Assembly (NCBI RefSeq): GCF_001194135.2
Contig: NC_068982.1
Coordinates: 186,814,915 to 186,860,577 of the forward strand
From: Octopus bimaculoides
Taxonomy: Eukaryota
DNA: 45,663 bases
Direction of reading: 5' to 3'
Below, one piece after another: positions 43,017 through 45,663 of this stretch (the first letter of the stretch is position 1; each line of letters opens with the position of its first letter). The position numbers were made by a program, and so were the translations under genes. Below the pieces are notes generated by a model. That model saw only the letters and a list, made by a program, of their open reading frames with translations, was not told the origin of the DNA and ran no database searches.

Positions 43017-44946
43017 AGTGATTCCTGATATTTTGGAGATGCCAGTCCAGTTAGCAAGTTGCAGTTAAGAGAATTGTAGGTGACTGGGAAGCAGGGAAGC
43101 AGGACATTATGTCTTCTACTCTATTCTCAGGCACTGTGAGTTGAATTTGGAAATGGAAGCCTGCCGCGTGTGTACATGTGTATAGGCACAGGCATAGCTG
43201 TGTGGTTAGGAAGTTTGCTTCCCAACCACATGGTGTCAAGTTCAGTCCCACTGTGTAGTATATTGAAAAAAATGCTTTGGGGTGTCCGAAGCCTTGTGAA
43301 TGGAGTGGGCAGACAGAAACTGAAAAAACACTCATATATATATATATATGTGTGTATGTATGTATATAGGTGCAAGTTTTTGTCTCCTCGTCTTAATCAC
43401 AATACAGTTGTAAGCAAGTATCAGTCATACAAGAGATGGGTTTCGTTTACAATCTTCAATGAAAACATGTCTAGTCATGGGGAAATGTTACCTTGCTGTG
43501 AAACAGTTGAGGGTTGGTGACTGGAAGGGCTTGCTGTTACTGAAAAGTTGCTTCAACAAATTCTGTCTGACTCATACAAGCAAGAAAAGTAGACGTTAAA
43601 TGATGATGCATGTGTGTGTGTGTTAATGTTTATATTCTGTGGCATCTTTACATAAAACTGCTCAAGCAAAAACGGTGGCATCATGCTGACATTCCCTTTT
43701 AACAGATCATCTCATAACTCTGTGCTTTTGAAAACAAATGGAATAACAAATAGTCCCTTAACTGAAAAACAAGCAAGGGGTTGGTGACAGGAGAAGCATC
43801 CAGCTGTAAAGTAGTGTTTCAAATATCAAACTTTATATATATATCGTTATTCTGTTTCTTTGGAAACATTACTAGTCACATAGATAGGTGCCAAGAGATT
43901 ACGAATTTTAATTTTTGTAATTAAATTATGTATTTTATAATTATATTTTATATATTCTACAAAAGAAAAAGCATTTAGTGTGACTGTGTGGTAAGATGAG
44001 TGCTTCCCTACCACATGGTTCTGATGGAAACTGGAAGAAGCCCATCATATGTGTATGTGTGTGTCTTTTGTGTTTGTCCCCCACCACTTTTTGACAACCG
44101 GTGTTTACATCCTTATAACTTAGCAGTTCAACAAAAAGGACCGATAGAATAAGTACCAGACTTTAAAAAAAAAAGTACTGGGGTCAATTTGTTCAACTAA
44201 ATTTCTTCAGGGCAATGCTCCAGCATGGCCGCAGTCTAATAACTGGAACAAATAAATGATGAAATAATAGATTTATTAAACTAAGTGTTGTGATAAATCT
44301 TACCATTCCAGGTCCCACCATCATCGTTGTCTTCTTTCCAGCTACTCACCCTTATAGAATGTGGGGTAGGCATGTATCTCAAGACACCTGTGCCTGTCCC
44401 TTGATCATGCTTCAGCCTCTCAACACCTGACACAAAAACCCCTTTCCTCAGTGTTGTGCCACCAATCAGTCGAAGGGTCTTTTTTAGTCCTGTGAGTTAC
44501 ATGGTAACCTCATTAGTACAAGTGACATTAAAAAAAAACACCCAGCACACACTATAATGGGGCTGGTGTGAGAAAGGGCATCCAGCCATAGAAACCTTGC
44601 CAAACCAGACACCGGAGCATGGTGCAGTTCTCTGACCTATTGGATCCTGTCAAACCATCCAACCCATGCCAGCATGGAAGACACAGTGAATGATGATGAT
44701 GATGTCTATTTTTTCTACAAACAATGATCCTTCACATTAGAACTTTTAAATAAATATGATTGTATGTATGACTGTGTGAGATACACATTGTTGAGAGATG
44801 ATGATGATGATGATTTACCTTTGACGGATATTTGTCCCCATCTTGTTTGTTGTTAACACAATGTTTTGGTTGATATACCTTCCAGCCTTCATCAGTTGTC
44901 TTGGAGAAATTTCGAACCTGGGTTCTCATTCCTAAGGTATTTTTCA

Positions 44947-44947
44947 A

Positions 44948-44985
<38 letters not shown>

Positions 44986-45663
44986 TTCTTCTTCTTCAAA
45001 TTTTCTTCCATTTCTCGCCGAGTGTTTTCCGTACACCTAGTGCAGAGAAGTTCATTGTATGCATTCCCAGTTTACACACGCAAATTCACAGGTAAAATAT
45101 GTATTTTTAAAAAAATTAATAAATAAATAAATAAATTCATGAATGGGTGTTGTTTTCCCAGCGATAATGCCCTTCTCAGTACATGAGTCGTTCCAGTTAA
45201 CATGATTTTTTTGCACTTCCTGTAGGGATGGTAAGCCTGGTATCATTTTCAAATAGGTTTCAGTACCTTTTTTTTTACCCTACAATCACTGGTACGGTAG
45301 TCGCCTTGAGATTCCACATTTTTTCAATTTCTATTAGCAAGTCTTTATATTTACTGATCTTGTCAAATTCTTTCGCCGCTATATTATGATCACAGGGAAT
45401 ACTCATGTCAATTAATAAACACATTTTTTTGTCTGATCTTTTATAGTAGTATCCACTTTATTAGCTTTTATAGTTTTGTCGGTATGTACGGGGAAGTCCC
45501 AGAGAATTGACACATTTTCTCCCTCAGTTACAGCTTCAGGATGGTGTTTATACCATTTGTCAGGGGTTTTGATTTTATAATGCCGACATATTGTCCAGTG
45601 TAAATACTGGCCGACTCTGTCATGTCTTACTTTATATTCTACAGGTGCTAAGACTCTACACCC
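44947..45663 (-). mobile_element. R4/Dong-like non-LTR retrotransposon with restriction-like endonuclease, 3' end; continues beyond the window
   Basis: Minus strand from 45663: GCRVLAPVEYKVRHDRVGQYLHWTICRHY..WYKHHPE..ILWDFPVHTD..ANKVD.. /CLLIDMSIPCDHNIAAKEFDKISKYKDLLIEIEKMW..VPVIVG.. /GLPSLQEVQK/IMLTGTTHVLRRAL, then a 3'UTR and (AAC)n tail at 44947-44983. Frameshifted. Confidence 0.85.

Overview
AT-rich, gap-containing eukaryotic genomic scaffold; the repeat repertoire suggests an octopod cephalopod (RTE LINEs with (GAT)n tails, tRNA-type SINEs, mariner, dense TA/CA/CAT microsatellites), an inference from recalled repeat families. Two host loci, both on +. (1) 8161-13570: an apparently intronless ~1,800-codon reading frame encoding a helical N-terminal region plus six tandem divergent NHL/TolB-like beta-propeller modules. 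It is broken by two frameshifts (~8795, ~10080) and one in-frame TAG (12629-12631), and is followed by the wreck of a second tandem copy (14415-14543 plus a shared 3' flank). (2) 21770-41927: a 13-exon gene, not visible as one ORF in the track, that splices without stops into a 642-aa CEP57/translokin-like protein. Its N-terminal exon block has been tandemly triplicated, and the conserved central CEP57 motif appears lost. The rest is decayed TEs (RTE, L1/Tx1, CR1-group, R4/Dong-type RLE LINE, mariner, piggyBac-type MITEs, fold-back elements), microsatellites and assembly gaps. No prokaryotic systems, CRISPR arrays, rRNA or real tRNA genes were seen. All family assignments are from manual translation and recalled motifs, not database searches; repeat boundaries are approximate.
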